Shown here piece by piece: positions 1 to 12,562 of a DNA stretch of 64,000 nt. This DNA is from Podarcis cretensis (lineage: Eukaryota), in contig OX638163.1 of assembly GCA_951804945.1 (NCBI GenBank), positions 18,662,001-18,726,000 on the forward strand. Reading direction: 5' to 3'. How positions within the stretch are numbered: position 1 is the first letter of the stretch; each line of letters starts with the position of its first letter. The notes under the pieces were generated by a model. The model had not been told where the DNA came from. It ran no database searches and worked only from the letters and a program-made list of their open reading frames with translations. Both the position numbers and the translations under genes were made by a program.

Positions 1-701
1 AAAATTTGGATATATGTATTTCTTTGTTACATCTGAAACAAGTAACTCTTTTGGATGGAGCCTTGACTCTCCTCTGAAGAGTGGGGCACATAGTTTGAGT
101 CATTGGGTTCATCAGTCCTGGTGAAGAGACTGCTCTCCTTTCAGCACATTCCTCTCTCAAATGACCAATGACATCAAGTAGAGTTGACTTTAGACTGTCA
201 CCCATGAAAGTGGCAAATGTTTCAAACTTTGGTCCAAATGACCTCCTAAAGTTGCATACTTATCCATTTTAAAATCTGCTAGCTCCAGCTTCTTAGTAAT
301 AGCTAGGAACTGTGTCACATGGCTGTTAGAGTCTCTCTTGGACTCAAGCTTTAATTTGAATACAGTAGTTCCTTCATCCAAGCTCAGGAAGAATGTTTGC
401 TTGTAAATCCAAAGGCTTTCTGTAAATTGTCAATCATCTGAGTGGTTGTGTCACAGTTGTTTGTGAAAACTAGCTGGGAGTCTGAAAGACTATCCAAAAT
501 AATAGACACTGCTACATGATCCTACTGTTCCTATCTGATTATTAATGCTGCATCATCTATAGGCTTTTCCTGTTGGATGCAAGAAATAACCCTTATCATT
601 CTCAGAGTGACTTTGTATCTTATCTTTCATTGGGTAAAGTTACCCTCTGTAAATCTACGCAGTTTAGGACTGTGAGTAGCAAAGGGATTTTGGATATCTA
701 T
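1..701 (-). mobile_element. Ty1/Copia LTR-retrotransposon gag relic (stops and two frameshifts), continuing off the left edge
   Basis: Manual minus-strand translation: 701-~365 IDIQNPFATHSPKLRRFTEGNFTQ*KIRYKVTLR...R*EQ*DHVAVSIILDSLSDSQLVFTNNCDTTTQMIDNLQKAF...MKELL; 381-190 FKLKLESKRDSNSHVTQFLAITKKLELADFKMD...LPLSW; 193-2 LKSTLLDVIGHLREE...RVTCFRCNKEIHISKF. This follows the Copia gag (UBN2-type) pattern and ends in a CX2CX4HX4[C] zinc knuckle at 1-40. Confidence 0.85.
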
Positions 702-1034
702 TGTAAAAAGAAAGAAAAAAGCCAGAAAGAATAAAAATGATGGCAGGATAAATGCAAAAAATGAGAGATTGTTCTCAAAAATCTCCCTCAGGAAAAAAAT
801 GAATGGCTACTTGGGAAGGGGTGGAAAAAAGGAGGAGGGGGGTCTGTCTCCTTGGAACACAAAATAAGAAAAGAACAATAGAACAAAAATGCTTTGCCTG
901 GAACATCATGGCTTGGGAGAGATCAGGGGAAAAATATTTCACTGCTTTAAAAAGCAGGCTTTAAAAACTCATTTAAAAAGCTGAAATGTCCACATAAATA
1001 TTCATCACTGGAATCTCAGTGAAAATATTCTTTC

Positions 1035-1048
1035 CTAGGCTCATAACC
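1035..1048 (-). other. Primer-binding site of the Copia element
   Basis: Minus strand GGTTATGAGCCTAG matches the copia-type PBS GGTTATGGGCCCAG at 12/14 positions, about 330 bp upstream of gag and 2 nt after a ...TTGCA end. Confidence 0.75.
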
Positions 1049-1050
1049 CA

Positions 1051-1339
1051 TGCAAAGAAAAGGTATATAAGGGAAGAATTCCTCAGTGCCAATACCCAAG
1101 TTTGAGGCAAGTACTACTTGGTGAGAGAACCCCAATAGAGATTTAAAATCACAAAATATGCAGCAAAGTAAAGCGTGGAAATATAGGCTTTCAAATATGC
1201 CCTTATGACTTCTAGTACTTCCCTCTTCCCTTAGCATAGAAAAAGACTACAAGTTTGGTAAGTTAAAACTTGTTTACTTACAAACACTCTGAAGATCAGG
1301 TTCATGTGCTTTTCCATACAGCATTCTGAAAGCATTGCA
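1051..1339 (-). mobile_element. Candidate 5' LTR of the Copia element
   Basis: Ends in CA just before the PBS and is bounded by a TGCAA...TTGCA inverted repeat; the outer boundary is uncertain. Confidence 0.4.
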
Positions 1340-1356
1340 CAGGCAGAAAAACGTGT

Positions 1357-2930
1357 CTTTTAAAATGTTTTTGGTTTTTAAACAAATACAAATACAATAA
1401 CCATTAAACACATATCCACCAGTACATCTAATTGTGTTCGTTCTAGCTATTAACTTTTGACATAAGCTTATGCATTCAGTGTTCAAACATATTACTTAAC
1501 CTCTCCACTTAGAATATTGAGTGGTTGGTATAACAAGGTCTTGATTTGGGTCATTAACATAGTTAAAGAAAGGGGTCCACCTTTCTTTGATTTGGAGTAT
1601 AGTTGCTTAATGAGGTGCAAGAACTTAGATCCAAATTTCAATTTGGTTAGCAGGTGTGTCAAATAAATCAATGAATCAATTCTATCAAAAGTCTTATAGG
1701 CATCAAGAGAGATTAATGCACCATCTATTTTCTTTCTATTGAACCCATGTATAATGTTTAGTGCCCTTCTGTTAGAACTTGTGATGCTTCTGGCTAGCAT
1801 GAACCCTGTTTGAACTGGAGATATGTACTGAGTTATAAAAGTGTTTAGACACTTGACCATTATTGCTGTGAACAACTTTGCATCTACATTAATGAGAGCT
1901 ATTGGCATATGACTTTGCTCTCATAGGTTCTTTCCCTGGTTTCAATATTATCACATTTGAAGAATGCCGCATTTGTGATGCTTCCCTCCATCTAGGATTG
2001 AATTGTAGAATTTAGTCAGCCATGGGGCAAGCTCATTGCAAAAGGCTTTATAAAATTCTCCCACAAAGCCATGCAGCCATCCATCCACTCGTGACTTTCC
2101 AGATTTTAAATTCTTAATTAACTCTAGAACCTCTTCCTGAGAGATGGATTGGTTTAGGTACTGTTTGTGCTCATCTGACACTGGCTGAAAATCTACTTCT
2201 ATTGAGGCAGGTTGTCAGATGAGTACAGAGAAGCATAATATCCTCTGAATTTGTTGCTGATCTCTACTTTGTCATTACATACTGTCCTTTCAAGGTTGCA
2301 AACCCCAGTAATTAGATTGGTATTTCTACATTATTATTTTTTTTACCATGTTTGCTAATAGTCGAGAAGCTTTGTTGCTAAAGTCATAATAACTGTGGCT
2401 AATGCCTTATGTATCTGTTCAGTTTCTAAGAGCTGCAGTTTTGCACGTGCAGTTTTTAAAGCTCTAAGAGATGTGGCCATTTATGACTTGTGGTATATCA
2501 CCTCAAGGGACGCGGGTGGCACTGTGGGTTAAACCACAGAGCCTAGGACTTGCCGATCAGAAGGTCTGCAGTTCGAATCCCCGCGACGGGGTGAGCTCCC
2601 GTTGCTCGGTCCCTGCTCCTGCCAACCTAGCAGTTCGAAAGCATGTCAAAGTGCAAGTAGATAAATAGGTACTTCCGGCGGGAAGGTAAACAGCACTTCC
2701 GTGCGCTGCTCTGGTTCGCCAGAAGTGGCTTAGTCATGTTGGGCACATGACCTGGAAGCTGCACGCCGGCTCCCTCGGCCAATAAAGCGAGATGAGCACC
2801 GCAACCCCAGAGTCAGCCATGACTGGACCTAATGGTCAGGGGTCCCCTTACCTTTATATCACCTCAAGCTTTTTAATTTCTGCCATGAGAGTTTTCTCTT
2901 CCTCCTTATCATGTCACCATTTTTTGGTTG
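1357..2930 (-). mobile_element. Decayed, internally deleted L1-clade LINE (ORF2/RT fragments and 3' tail)
   Basis: ORF 1492-1908 PIALINVDAKLFTAI...QTGF...LISLDAYKTFDRI (non-LTR RT motifs); ORF 1951-2181 ISQEEV...LKSGKS...GEFYKAF; interrupted by a Sauria SINE. Confidence 0.85.
2507..2854 (+). mobile_element. Full-length Sauria SINE inserted into the L1
   Basis: GGGACGCGGGTGGC head, GTTCGAATCC B-box, ACCTT tail; 13-bp TSD TATATCACCTCAA at 2494-2506 and 2855-2867. Confidence 0.93.
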
Positions 2931-4476
2931 TCCAGCCTAAAAGGGTGTTCCTGCATGCTTGAGCTGGGGAGGGGCACTGGGGGTTATCATCTGCTGCTTG
3001 GAGCTGGAGCCTGGCATGACAGCTTACTCTATGGCAGGGCAGCTCTATTTTTCATACCAAGTGGGCCACAAGTGTACTTCAACATAGATCCCACGGGGAT
3101 GGGGGCAGGGGCAGGGAATGAGCCCCAAATCTGACACACACAGCTGTTGTGCAGTCTTCCCAAAGCTGGCTGAGTGAGGTGTTGGGCTTTGGGAAGGAGG
3201 CATGAGGTTCTGCCCGGGTTCTAGAGCCCTCCCTCTTTCCTAAAGCTGGGAAAGTATTAACCAGACTCTGAGAAAGAGGAAGGAGGATTCTAGAACCCTG
3301 TCAAAGCCCAGCTTTGGGAAGGCAGTGTGAGAGCTGGGCTGTGTGTCAAATGTTGCCGAGGGCCACCAAAAAAGGCACTGAGGTTCACATGCAGTCCTCA
3401 AGCTGCGCATTGGACCACCCTCCATCGATGGTATTAATCCATTCATTCAGTAATTAGACTTAAGCTGTTGGTTATATGAGGCTGGTTATCCCACAGACTG
3501 CTTGCATCTGCAAAAGGTTTGGGGTGGACACAGACTGCTCTGTTTCCAATTGGTATACATCCTGCAACCTCCTGCAGAAATCCTGTAACATTTTATACCA
3601 TAAATTGTTTTGGTTTATTGTTTGTCCCACCTTTGCTGCACCATAATGCAAGAGATGCCCTCCACCGCTCCAGAATGAAAAAGGCAATGGAAATGGGGAA
3701 GCATTTTGAATCTACCTTATAGGGTTGTTGTGGAGATTAAATGAGGAATCGGGAGAACCATATATACCACCTTGGAGGAAAAGGTGTTCTATTAATTTAA
3801 TCAAGCAAACACTCATAAATTAATTAATTGTTCCTTTGTGATCCCCTGGGACCTGCTTTCCGCTTACCAGCCTAGAGGTGCAAAGCCTAGTGGAAATTCA
3901 AGGAGCCATTGTCTTCATCATCACCAACCATTAATATTAGATTTATTTATTTCCTAATATTTACTCCCCAAGGTGCAGTGTTGCCGAGATTTGGCTCCAG
4001 ACCATACAAATCCCATCCATTCCCTTCAGAACATTTCCCACTAGTTGCAATATTGCAAAGAGAAGGAAAAAAAATTGTAAATAGACTTTATAAATGGGCA
4101 AGCAATTTCCCTGAGTGCCAAAGCTCACTACCTTTCAGTATTTTAATGCTTCTTACTTTCCAGGTCTTTGCATTATTATCTGGATCAAAGACACACACAA
4201 CCGGTTATTGTTCTGCTACGAGTTTCAGGAGATTCTCTTCTCATCCCCCCAGTATCCCATGTGCATCACCATTAATAAAAGATTTAAATGGGATGACCCT
4301 TGTCTGCGTGGTAGCAAGGGGACCGCTAGTTCCAAGGATTTGCGCAAAGCTGGAAAGACCCAGACAAAACAAAGGAAGGAAGAGGTCTGGACCATTGTTT
4401 GTGGAAGGTGATAAGGGGAGTTTTATGTCTTCGTTTCTCTCTTTTCATTTTAGGTGTGTGTATACTACCTTTTTTT

Positions 4477-4853
4477 GGACGCAGGTGGCGCTGTGGGTTA
4501 AAGCCTCAGCGCCTAGGACTTGCCGATTGAAAGGTCGGCAGTTCGAATCCCTGCGGCGGGGTGCGCTCCCACTGCTCGGTCCCAGCGCCTGCCAACCTAG
4601 CAGTTCGAAAGCACCTCCGGGTGCAAGTAGATAAATAGGGACCGCTTACCAGCGGGAAGGTAAACGGCGTTTCCATGTGCGGCTCTGGCTCTGGCTCTGG
4701 CTCTGGCCAGAGCAGCGATGTCACGCTGGCCACGTGACCCGGAAGTGTCTCCGGACAGCGCTGGCCCCTGGCCTCTTAAGTGAGATGGGCGCACAACCCC
4801 AGAGTCTGTCAAGACTGGCCCGTACGGGCAGGGGTACCTTTACCTTTACCTTT
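4477..4853 (+). mobile_element. Full-length Sauria SINE, second subfamily, with internal (GGCTCT)n expansion
   Basis: Same head and B-box, (TACCTT)n tail; TSD TATACTACCTTTT at 4461-4473 and 4854-4866. Confidence 0.92.
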
Positions 4854-4939
4854 TATACTACCTTTTAGGCCAAATGCGCAAACTGGTTGATGGAAATAAT
4901 CAAAACAATAAGCATCAATATACAATTCTGGTGGTGGAC

Positions 4940-5078
4940 TCCCCTTCACTAGAGGTTTTAAATCAGAGGTTGGATGGTCACCTGTCATGGATGCTTTAGC
5001 TGAGGTTCCTGCATTGCAGGGAGTTGAGCCAGATGCACTCACAGCATCCCTTCCAACTCTACAATTCTGTGATTCTGT
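4940..5078 (+). mobile_element. CR1 3' end (ATTCTRTG-terminated subfamily)
   Basis: ...CCCTTCCAACTCTACAATTCTGTGATTCTG; similar ends near 8590, 9290, 9790, 14940, 16350, 22010, 27530 and 63850. Confidence 0.75.
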
Positions 5079-5289
5079 TAAAAATTCCCCAAGATCTGGA
5101 ACCCCATTCATTCATGATTCCAGATCCCAGTAAGCCTTCTTGAACATGAAGTCACCTTTGATAGATTTCTCTCCATTTATAGTTGTGTCATTAAGATAGG
5201 AGCACTTTGAATGTAATCAGCAGAGAACCCCTTTGAGTACAGGAGGGTTCAAGGTGCTTCAGTGATCAAATGTGCCAGACCTAGACACA

Positions 5290-5596
5290 GTGATGCTTCT
5301 GGATACCAGTTGCTGTGGACCAGTTGCTATTCGTGCTCAGGTTCTGCTTGTGGGTTTCCCTTGAGGGCATCTGGTTAGCTACCATGCGGAAAAGATGCTG
5401 GACTGGGTGGGCTCCCTTTGGCCTGATCCAGCAGACAGGCTCTTGTTTTGTTCTTATGGAAACTCCCAGTCCATAAGCAGTCTAAATCCCTATGTTCTTA
5501 GGTCTATTTGGCCACTATGAGAACAGGATGCTGTGTTAGATGAGCCCCTTTTGGCCTGATCCAGCAGTCTATTTTGACCTTCTTATCTTCTTATGT
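5290..5596 (+). mobile_element. CR1-derived 3' end with duplicated terminus (composite, copy 1)
   Basis: GGCCTGATCCAGCAG...TTCTTATG terminus present twice, separated by a GGAAACTCCCAGTCCATAAGCAGTCTA linker. Confidence 0.7.
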
Positions 5597-6574
5597 CAGG
5601 TGCTTTGTGGCTGGTCCACCAGGACCTCCACAGGATCTCCACTGCCTCCCTCTCACATTCCTCATCCAAGTGGTCCTGCATCCCTAATTGTTTTGATGGT
5701 GACTTACTCCGCCTTAGCAGGATATATCAAATATATATCTGAACATTGATCAGCTTTGGGCTGATAGAAGCCTGAGCACACGAGGTCTTGGTCTTTGACC
5801 CACAAATAGCTTATGAATCTCAATCCAATAGACTGATCTTCACACACAGAGGCTGTCTGAGGAAATGTGGGGGAGAGGAGGAGGGAGAAATCGATGGAGC
5901 ACCCTAATGATTCACAATTTATAGAGCGGCTGCCATTTTAATATTAGAATAAATGTTATATGGCAAAGGAATGGGAACAGAGGTGGTGGCAGAGAAAATA
6001 TTTCTTTAGAGGCTCCTTTTCTGCTGGGAAATTATGTGCAGGGGATTTTATTATCCATAATTTATTGGACTCATTTAGACGTATAATTTAAAATGCTGTA
6101 TGGGAAATATATGAACTGTTCAGGAGAGAAACTCCGCAGTGGATGGATGAGGTTTGGGGTCTGAAATGGCTGTCATGTTTGGAGTCAGGAAATTTTTGAC
6201 GTGGGCTTGGGGTGTGTGTGATGGGTTGGAGGGGGGGGGGGCTGCCTGCCTGCCTGCCTCCCTTCTGCCAATGTTTCTCCTCTGGGAGGCATCAGGATTG
6301 TGGTGGTGGCCACCGAGCTAGATGGGTCCCCTTTTGGCTGATTCAGCAGCCAGACTCTTCTGGCATTGTAACCTCCATTCAGAGACAGGATGAGGTTTCA
6401 GGCAGAATGAGACCTGCACATTGCATGTGTCTTGAATGATCTCAGAAGCAAAGCCTGCATTTCTCTCCCCACACATGCGATGTGCACTGGGGTAAAATAA
6501 AAAAACCCAACCCCCCCCTTCACACATCTGCTCATAGGGCCTGAATTGGTAGTGACTAACAGGAAACGGACTTT

Positions 6575-7500
6575 GGCATCCCCAAGGGTCATCTAGTCCA
6601 ACCCCCTACAATGCAGGAATCTCCACTAAAGCATCCATGACAGATGGTCATCCAACCTCTGCTTTAAAACTTCCACTAATTTCTGAGGGAGTCTGTTCTA
6701 CTATTGAACAGTTCTTGCCATCATAAATTTCATTCCGATGTTTAGTCAGAATCTCCTAGTAAATTGATGCCATTGGTCTTTTTGCTGCTGCATCACACTT
6801 AATCCTGAATAAACCTTGTGGCCTACAAAGACCCCTAGATTCTTCTCACATGTACTAGTGGCAAGCCAGGTATCTCTCATCTTATCTTTGTGCAGCTGGT
6901 TCTTCCTGCATAAGTGTAGAACCTGACATTTGTCCCTACTGAAATTCATTGTGGTAATTTTTGGCCCAGTTCTCCAATCTGCTAAGGTTATCTTGAATCC
7001 TAATTCTATCTTCTTGGCATTAGCTACCCCTCTCAGTTTGGTGCCATCTGCAAATTGGATGAGCACCCCCCTCAATTCCTTCATTCAAGTCATTTATAAA
7101 GATGTTGAACAACACCAGGCCCAGGGCAGAACCATGTGGCATCCCACTTGTGAAACTCCAGAGGACACAATCACTTACTCTCAAGGTTCCCGTACTTTCA
7201 CTTTGTCAATTAGTTTCTCTATGTTGGTGACAACCAGATTCAAGAGTTTCTTCCACCTTCTGGGAAATGAAATTATCAGTGAGGCAGTGGAGGAATTTGT
7301 TGGACTTACATTCTTATCAGAGTTTAAGTTCCAACAGATATCGGGGTAGCTGAAGTCTCCTATGACTACCATATCTCTTCTTTTTGAATGTTTGGTAATC
7401 TGCTTCAGGAAGGCATCATCCAAATGTTTAGTCTATCTTGAAGGTCTATAGCAGACACCCTTCGCTGTTGTTTCCCTCCCCTACAGTTTTTACCCAATAC
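6575..7500 (-). mobile_element. CR1 LINE relic, internally deleted
   Basis: ORF 7181-7423 VVIGDFSYPDICW (endonuclease region); ORF 6746-7084 [12 protein letters not shown]...MNFSRDKCQVLHL (RT); 3' end near 6575. Confidence 0.85.
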
Positions 7501-9006
7501 TCTCAAACTGCCTTCTATGCTCCAAGTCATGGATCTCTTCACATGTACGCATGGCTGAGAATCCATGTCCACAGTACGGACATGGAATCAATTCTATAGC
7601 TCCAGAGACACAGGATTCTGTCAGTCCTGTTTCTGTGTGCCACATTCATCCAGAAGTTTGTCTCCTGCACTGGGAGATATTTCTCCACCCTAAGGGCACC
7701 CCACCTGCATCTCTGTAGATCAGTGGTTCTCAACCCCAGATGTTGTTGGACTACAACTCCCATCATCCCTAGTTATAGGATATTAAGCTTACAAATGAAC
7801 CCTAATGTTCTTATGGGAGTGTGTGGTCTTCCTTAAGCCACTCAACTCTCTGGCTTGTTCCTACAACATTACCTGCCTTCCTCCAAGATGCTCAGGGCTC
7901 CTTACAACCACCCTGTAAGGTAGGTTAGACTGGGCAATACTGCCAGCCCCAAATCACGCAGCAAGAGATTCAGCTGAGCAGAGATTTGAACCTGTAGCTT
8001 TCTGATCCTAGGCAAACACACTAACCACCACACTGCTCCACATTTGCAGCTGGGGTAAATCACTTTGAGGGTTTGTAAAACAATGCAGCAGTGTAAAAAA
8101 ATTATGAAATAAATAAACAGCGCAATGCGGTGTAATGCAAATGCTGCAAGAACAAATGTGATCTGCTCACTTTCCTGTTTGTAATAAATAAATAAAATCA
8201 GGTTGGCCCAAAGTCTTCAGATAGCTGCTTGTTTCATTTACACAAGCCCATCGTTCCAGAGCTCAGTTAGCAAAACGTTCATCTCCCTTATAAGCTCAGG
8301 GTTTTCTATTGACAAAATTGTATGAAAAATGTCCATTTGACTTGCCAAAGCAAAGAGCAGCTGATGGATGACTCTGGTCTAAAATGATTGCTCTGCTGGT
8401 TCACAGAGAGGCTGTCACCAAACTGTGTTTGGGTGTATTTTAAGCCCACACCCCACTGCAAGTCCATGAAACAAAAACACATCCTCTGCGTTCCCTTAAC
8501 TGCTTCACGAGTCAAACAGGCAGACACACCAGCAATAGACACTTGTTACTTACTGGAATTAAACCCGGATTTATGGGGAATAGAGTCATAGAATCATAGA
8601 ATTCTCTAGTTGAAAGTGACCCCAAGGATCATCCAGTCAAATCCCCTCCAGTGCAGGAATCACAATTAAAGTTTTCCTTTCTAGCATGACCCTCCAGTTA
8701 TTTTGAACTACAACTCCCATCAGCTAACATGCTGCTGAGTGTGTTGGAAGTTTGGGTGCAACACACCTTGCTGAAGAGGGGTTGCATGGGGTTGAGAATG
8801 ACAGAACAAGAGACCTCCTGATTTCCAGGCTATCCTTATACTTTTGATCTCTTTGCTGACCTCCCTATCTCTCTGATGTTTTGACTAATCCATCTTAGGT
8901 TGCATCCTACTTATAATTTCATTCTCCCTCTTCTCTCAGACCTCTTGGATCTGTCCTCTGGGAGACAAAAGGAGCAAGGGTGTCTGCCTTTGCCTTATTT
9001 AGATTA

Positions 9007-9238
9007 GCCAATGTAGTATAGTGGTTAGAGCATTGGAGTAGAACCTGGGAGACCAGGGTTCAAATCCCCACTCATCCATGACATTAATTGGGTGACTTTG
9101 GGCCAGTTGCTGCCTCTAAGCCTAGCCTACCTCAAAGAGTTGTTGTGAGGATAAAATGGGTAGATAGAGAACCATGTACACCATCTTGAGCTCCCTTGGG
9201 GGGGGGGAAAGGTGGGCAGTAAATGCAATAAAAACTAA
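9007..9238 (+). mobile_element. Old tRNA-headed MIR/Squam3A-like SINE
   Basis: AGCCAATGTAGTATAGTGGTTAGAG...GGTTCAAATCCC, core GGGTGACTTTGGG, GTTGTTGTGAGGATAAAATG; related fragments near 3720, 7900, 22500, 32930, 36070, 45060, 53440 and 60750. Confidence 0.75.
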
Positions 9239-9398
9239 AAGTTAGGTTAGAATCCAAATCCTTCTCCATCAAAGTTATGTATCATAGAATTGTAGAGTTG
9301 GAAGGGACCCGAAGCACCAGCTAGTCAAATTTCCTGCAATGCAGGAATGTAGTCCCTATAACAATAGAATTTTGTTATTTTCTTGCTCTTGTCTACAA

Positions 9399-9401
<3 letters not shown>

Positions 9402-9442
<41 letters not shown>
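9402..9442. repeat. (CT)n(GT)n compound microsatellite
   Basis: Read directly from the sequence. Confidence 0.95.
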
Positions 9443-9443
<1 letters not shown>

Positions 9444-10619
9444 GTTGCAATAGGTAAAAATTTGCTCTCTTGCCAAATTCATGATCCACAACAAAGGACT
9501 TCCAACAGGGTGGCTACAGTTCAAGATGACCAAAGGATGCAGCCAGGAGGAGGTTAGGAAGCAGCATAGCCATAGTGCATTACAGCTTTGTGGTTCTTTG
9601 GTGTTGGGGAAAATCCCCTTCTCTTGAAAAGATGATGCTCATTTGGAAAAAGGGCAATCCTTCCACTGGACTAAAACCTCCCATCTCCTTAATTTGAAGT
9701 TTTCAAGCAGAGGTCAGATGGCCATCTATCAGGGGTTCGTTAGTTGTGAATCCTGCATCACAGGGGCTGGACTAGAAGACCCTTGGGGATCCCTTCCAAC
9801 TCTACAATTCTATGATTCTGTGATCATCCCAGACCACGACTGGCCAAGCTGGCCAGAGGTGATGGGAGCTGTGGTCCAGCAGCAACTGAGGGACTCCACA
9901 TTGGCTACCCTTGATTGACAGTGACTCGGCTGCCTGTGGAGGTGGGGGGGATGACAAATGGAAAATATGGTATGTGTGTGTGTGTCTCCATTTGCAGGGT
10001 CTCATTGGTTGCTGCCAGCTTCCAGCAACCCATTTTGTCAAGCCTGGTGGTGGCTACCGTCAGCCTTTTCATCAAGAACGGCTTAATTTATAGCAAGCAA
10101 AGACTAACAAATCAAATGCCTTTTGGATTTATGTCCCCTGGGATCTGATTGACCAAGCAACCTTTCCAGCACTTTAATAAAGTTTAAAAATATAAAATAT
10201 GTATGCATGCATGCATGCAAGGACCTCCTTCCCTGATCCAGAATTTATGCAAAGTGTTTGGTGCCCTTCTGGATGGATGGATGGATGGCAGGCAGGCAGA
10301 GAGCAACTCCTTCATCTTTTAATTATGTAAAAAGACACAGTTGGGACCTTTCAGGCTGCGGCATTTATGATTGCAATGATGAAAAGCATGAAAGAGGCAC
10401 TTCAGAAAGGGAAGCATCAAGAAGGCCCGTGCTTTTATGAGTGGGAGGGAGATCTGGTTTAGCCAGAGTCAAGAGGGGAGCAGCTGAACACAGAGAGAAG
10501 CCAAGGAGGATTAAGAACCCCAAGATTTCTGCCCTCTTTTGCAAATGTCAAAAATGTTTTCTCCTACATTGCCCAATTGCTGGAGCGGTTGTGATAAACT
10601 TGGTACATATTATTATTTA

Positions 10620-11010
10620 TGGTGGGATCGCCAGTTGGTGCAAGATTTTTTGGGACTTGATTTTGACAGAAATGATGAACATTGGTAAAGAAACTAATAT
10701 TTCCAATGATACCAGCATAGATATATTGTCAAAAGAATTCATCTTATGTAAGATATTGGCAGTTCAAATAGTCATTGAAATTCAATGGAAAACGGCCCAA
10801 AATCTTACACTCGGCACTTGGTGCAATTTCCCCTGCAATATAGTTATAACTGAGAAAATTATGCATAATTTGAGATTTCCATAAGGACTAGAACCTGCAA
10901 CATTTTTCATAGGATTTGGTATTCTTTTATGACATATACAGCAGAACCATCATTTTCAAGGCAACCCTCATCCTAAGCCTGGCAAATCTGACTTGATTTT
11001 CTCATAATAC
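10620..11010 (+). mobile_element. Old L1/Tx1-clade ORF2 C-terminal fragment
   Basis: WCKIFWDLILTEM...IVIEIQWKT...GTWCNF...ITEKIM resembles the L1 ORF2 C-terminus. Confidence 0.55.
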
Positions 11011-11033
11011 TGATTCTTCTGCACTGCAGGTGG

Positions 11034-11268
11034 TTTGGACTTGATATCCCGCCTTTCACGCCCCTTCAGGAGTCTCAAAGCGGCTAACATTCTCCTTTCC
11101 CTTCCTCCCCCACAACAAACACTCTGTGAGGTGAGTGGGGCTGAGAGACTTCAAAGAAGTGTGACTAGCCCAAGGTCACCCAGCAGCTACATGTGGAGGA
11201 GCGGGGAAGCGAACCCGGTTCACCAGATTACGAGTCCACCGCTCTTAACCACTATACCATACTGGCTC
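11034..11268 (-). mobile_element. Squam3-type SINE inserted into a CR1 3' end
   Basis: Near-identical reverse complement of 29843-30080; the flanks rejoin into the CR1 tail GCACTGCAGG...TTAGACTAGATGATCC. Confidence 0.88.
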
Positions 11269-11329
11269 CCTGGTTAGACTAGATGATCCTTTGGTTCCCT
11301 TCTGATTCTATGATTTTTTTTACTGGGAC

Positions 11330-12034
11330 TTTGTTTTTCCCACAATTTTTATTGTTTTCAATTTTACATTTAAAAATAAACATTTTACACACTTTAAAAT
11401 ATCCAGTGACTTCCCTTCTTCTCCTTCCATGGTTCATTTTACGTATCATACATTCCTGCATATTTTACTAAACCATTCAAATCAGTTTTCCACTTTTACA
11501 TCCATCAAAAATTATTTACTCTGTTGAATTTATCTTAGTGCTGCCAGAGTTTTCAGCTGTATACAGTTATTTCCCATATATTCAATAAATGTTTTCCATT
11601 CTTCATTAAATATATGTTCTTCTTGCTCTCTTATTCTATGTGTTAAATGTGTAAGTTCTGCATATTCTGTCAACTTAAGTTGCCATTCCTTTTTAGCTGG
11701 GACCTCACTCACTTTCCATTTTGGGGCTAACAAAACACAGGCCACAATTGTTGCATACATAAACAACCTTTTCTGACACCTAGGAATTTCTGTCTGGGTT
11801 ATTCCCATCAAAAAGAACTCTGGTTTTTTTGGGGAAAGTAGTTTTAAACATATTTCCACAATTCATTACAAATCATTTTCCAATATACTTTTACCTTTTT
11901 AAATGTCCACCACATGTGAAAAAAGGTTTCCTCTGCTTCTTTACACTTCCAACATATATCTGATTCCTTTTTAGAAATCTTAGTTAACCTACTCAGAGTT
12001 AGGTAGAATCTATGAATCATTTTCAAATAGTTTC
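11330..12034 (-). mobile_element. 5'-truncated L1
   Basis: CWKCKEAEETFFHMWW...KKPEFFLMG...LLAPKWK; TSD TTTACTGGGAC at 11319-11329 and 12035-12045. Confidence 0.88.
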
Positions 12035-12295
12035 TTTACTGGGACCTTGGTACTTGAACCCCTGTGTAACTGGACTTACGCTACATGCCTGTTTGACAGT
12101 TTTGTTTTTCATCTTTTAATTTACATCTGTTATTATAATTCTTCCCTCTGTTTTATATACACAATAGATTTTTTTTTAAAAAAAACTTTACAAAGAACAA
12201 GCCCCAAGATTTCTACATCTGGAAACTACACTGGAGATGTACTTCTTTCCCCTTGCTTTAGATACCCATGATTATTAGGGTCCACCCTGTTCCTT

Positions 12296-12545
12296 TTATC
12301 GCACCAACATTAAAAATAGTTTGAACCAAATTGCAATCATCAGAATAAGAGGAGCCCAAAAAATGCATGTCTCAGGTGTCCACAAAGTGTGTCTTGAGCA
12401 TTTGCTGGAAGCTGTATCATGAAGGTGCTCAGCACACATCAGCAGGGAGTTCCACAGCTTAGGGGCTGCCACCGAGAAGGCTCTCTCCTCCTGAGCAGCC
12501 ACCCCACAAGGCTCTGAGAATAAAGGAACTATCAAGAGGGACCTC
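12296..12545 (-). mobile_element. L2 3' fragment
   Basis: ERAFSVAAPKLWNSL, the L2 ORF2 C-terminal motif. Confidence 0.7.
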
Positions 12546-12562
12546 TCTACTGATATTTTCAT

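Noticed and set aside
3909-4634. Longest ORF in the window (241 aa)
   Set aside because: Non-ATG start, no domain, and it ends inside a Sauria SINE
5748-5840. Possible second hammerhead or Penelope remnant (CTGA...AGCTTATG)
   Set aside because: No intact CTGAnGA/GAAA core or clean stems
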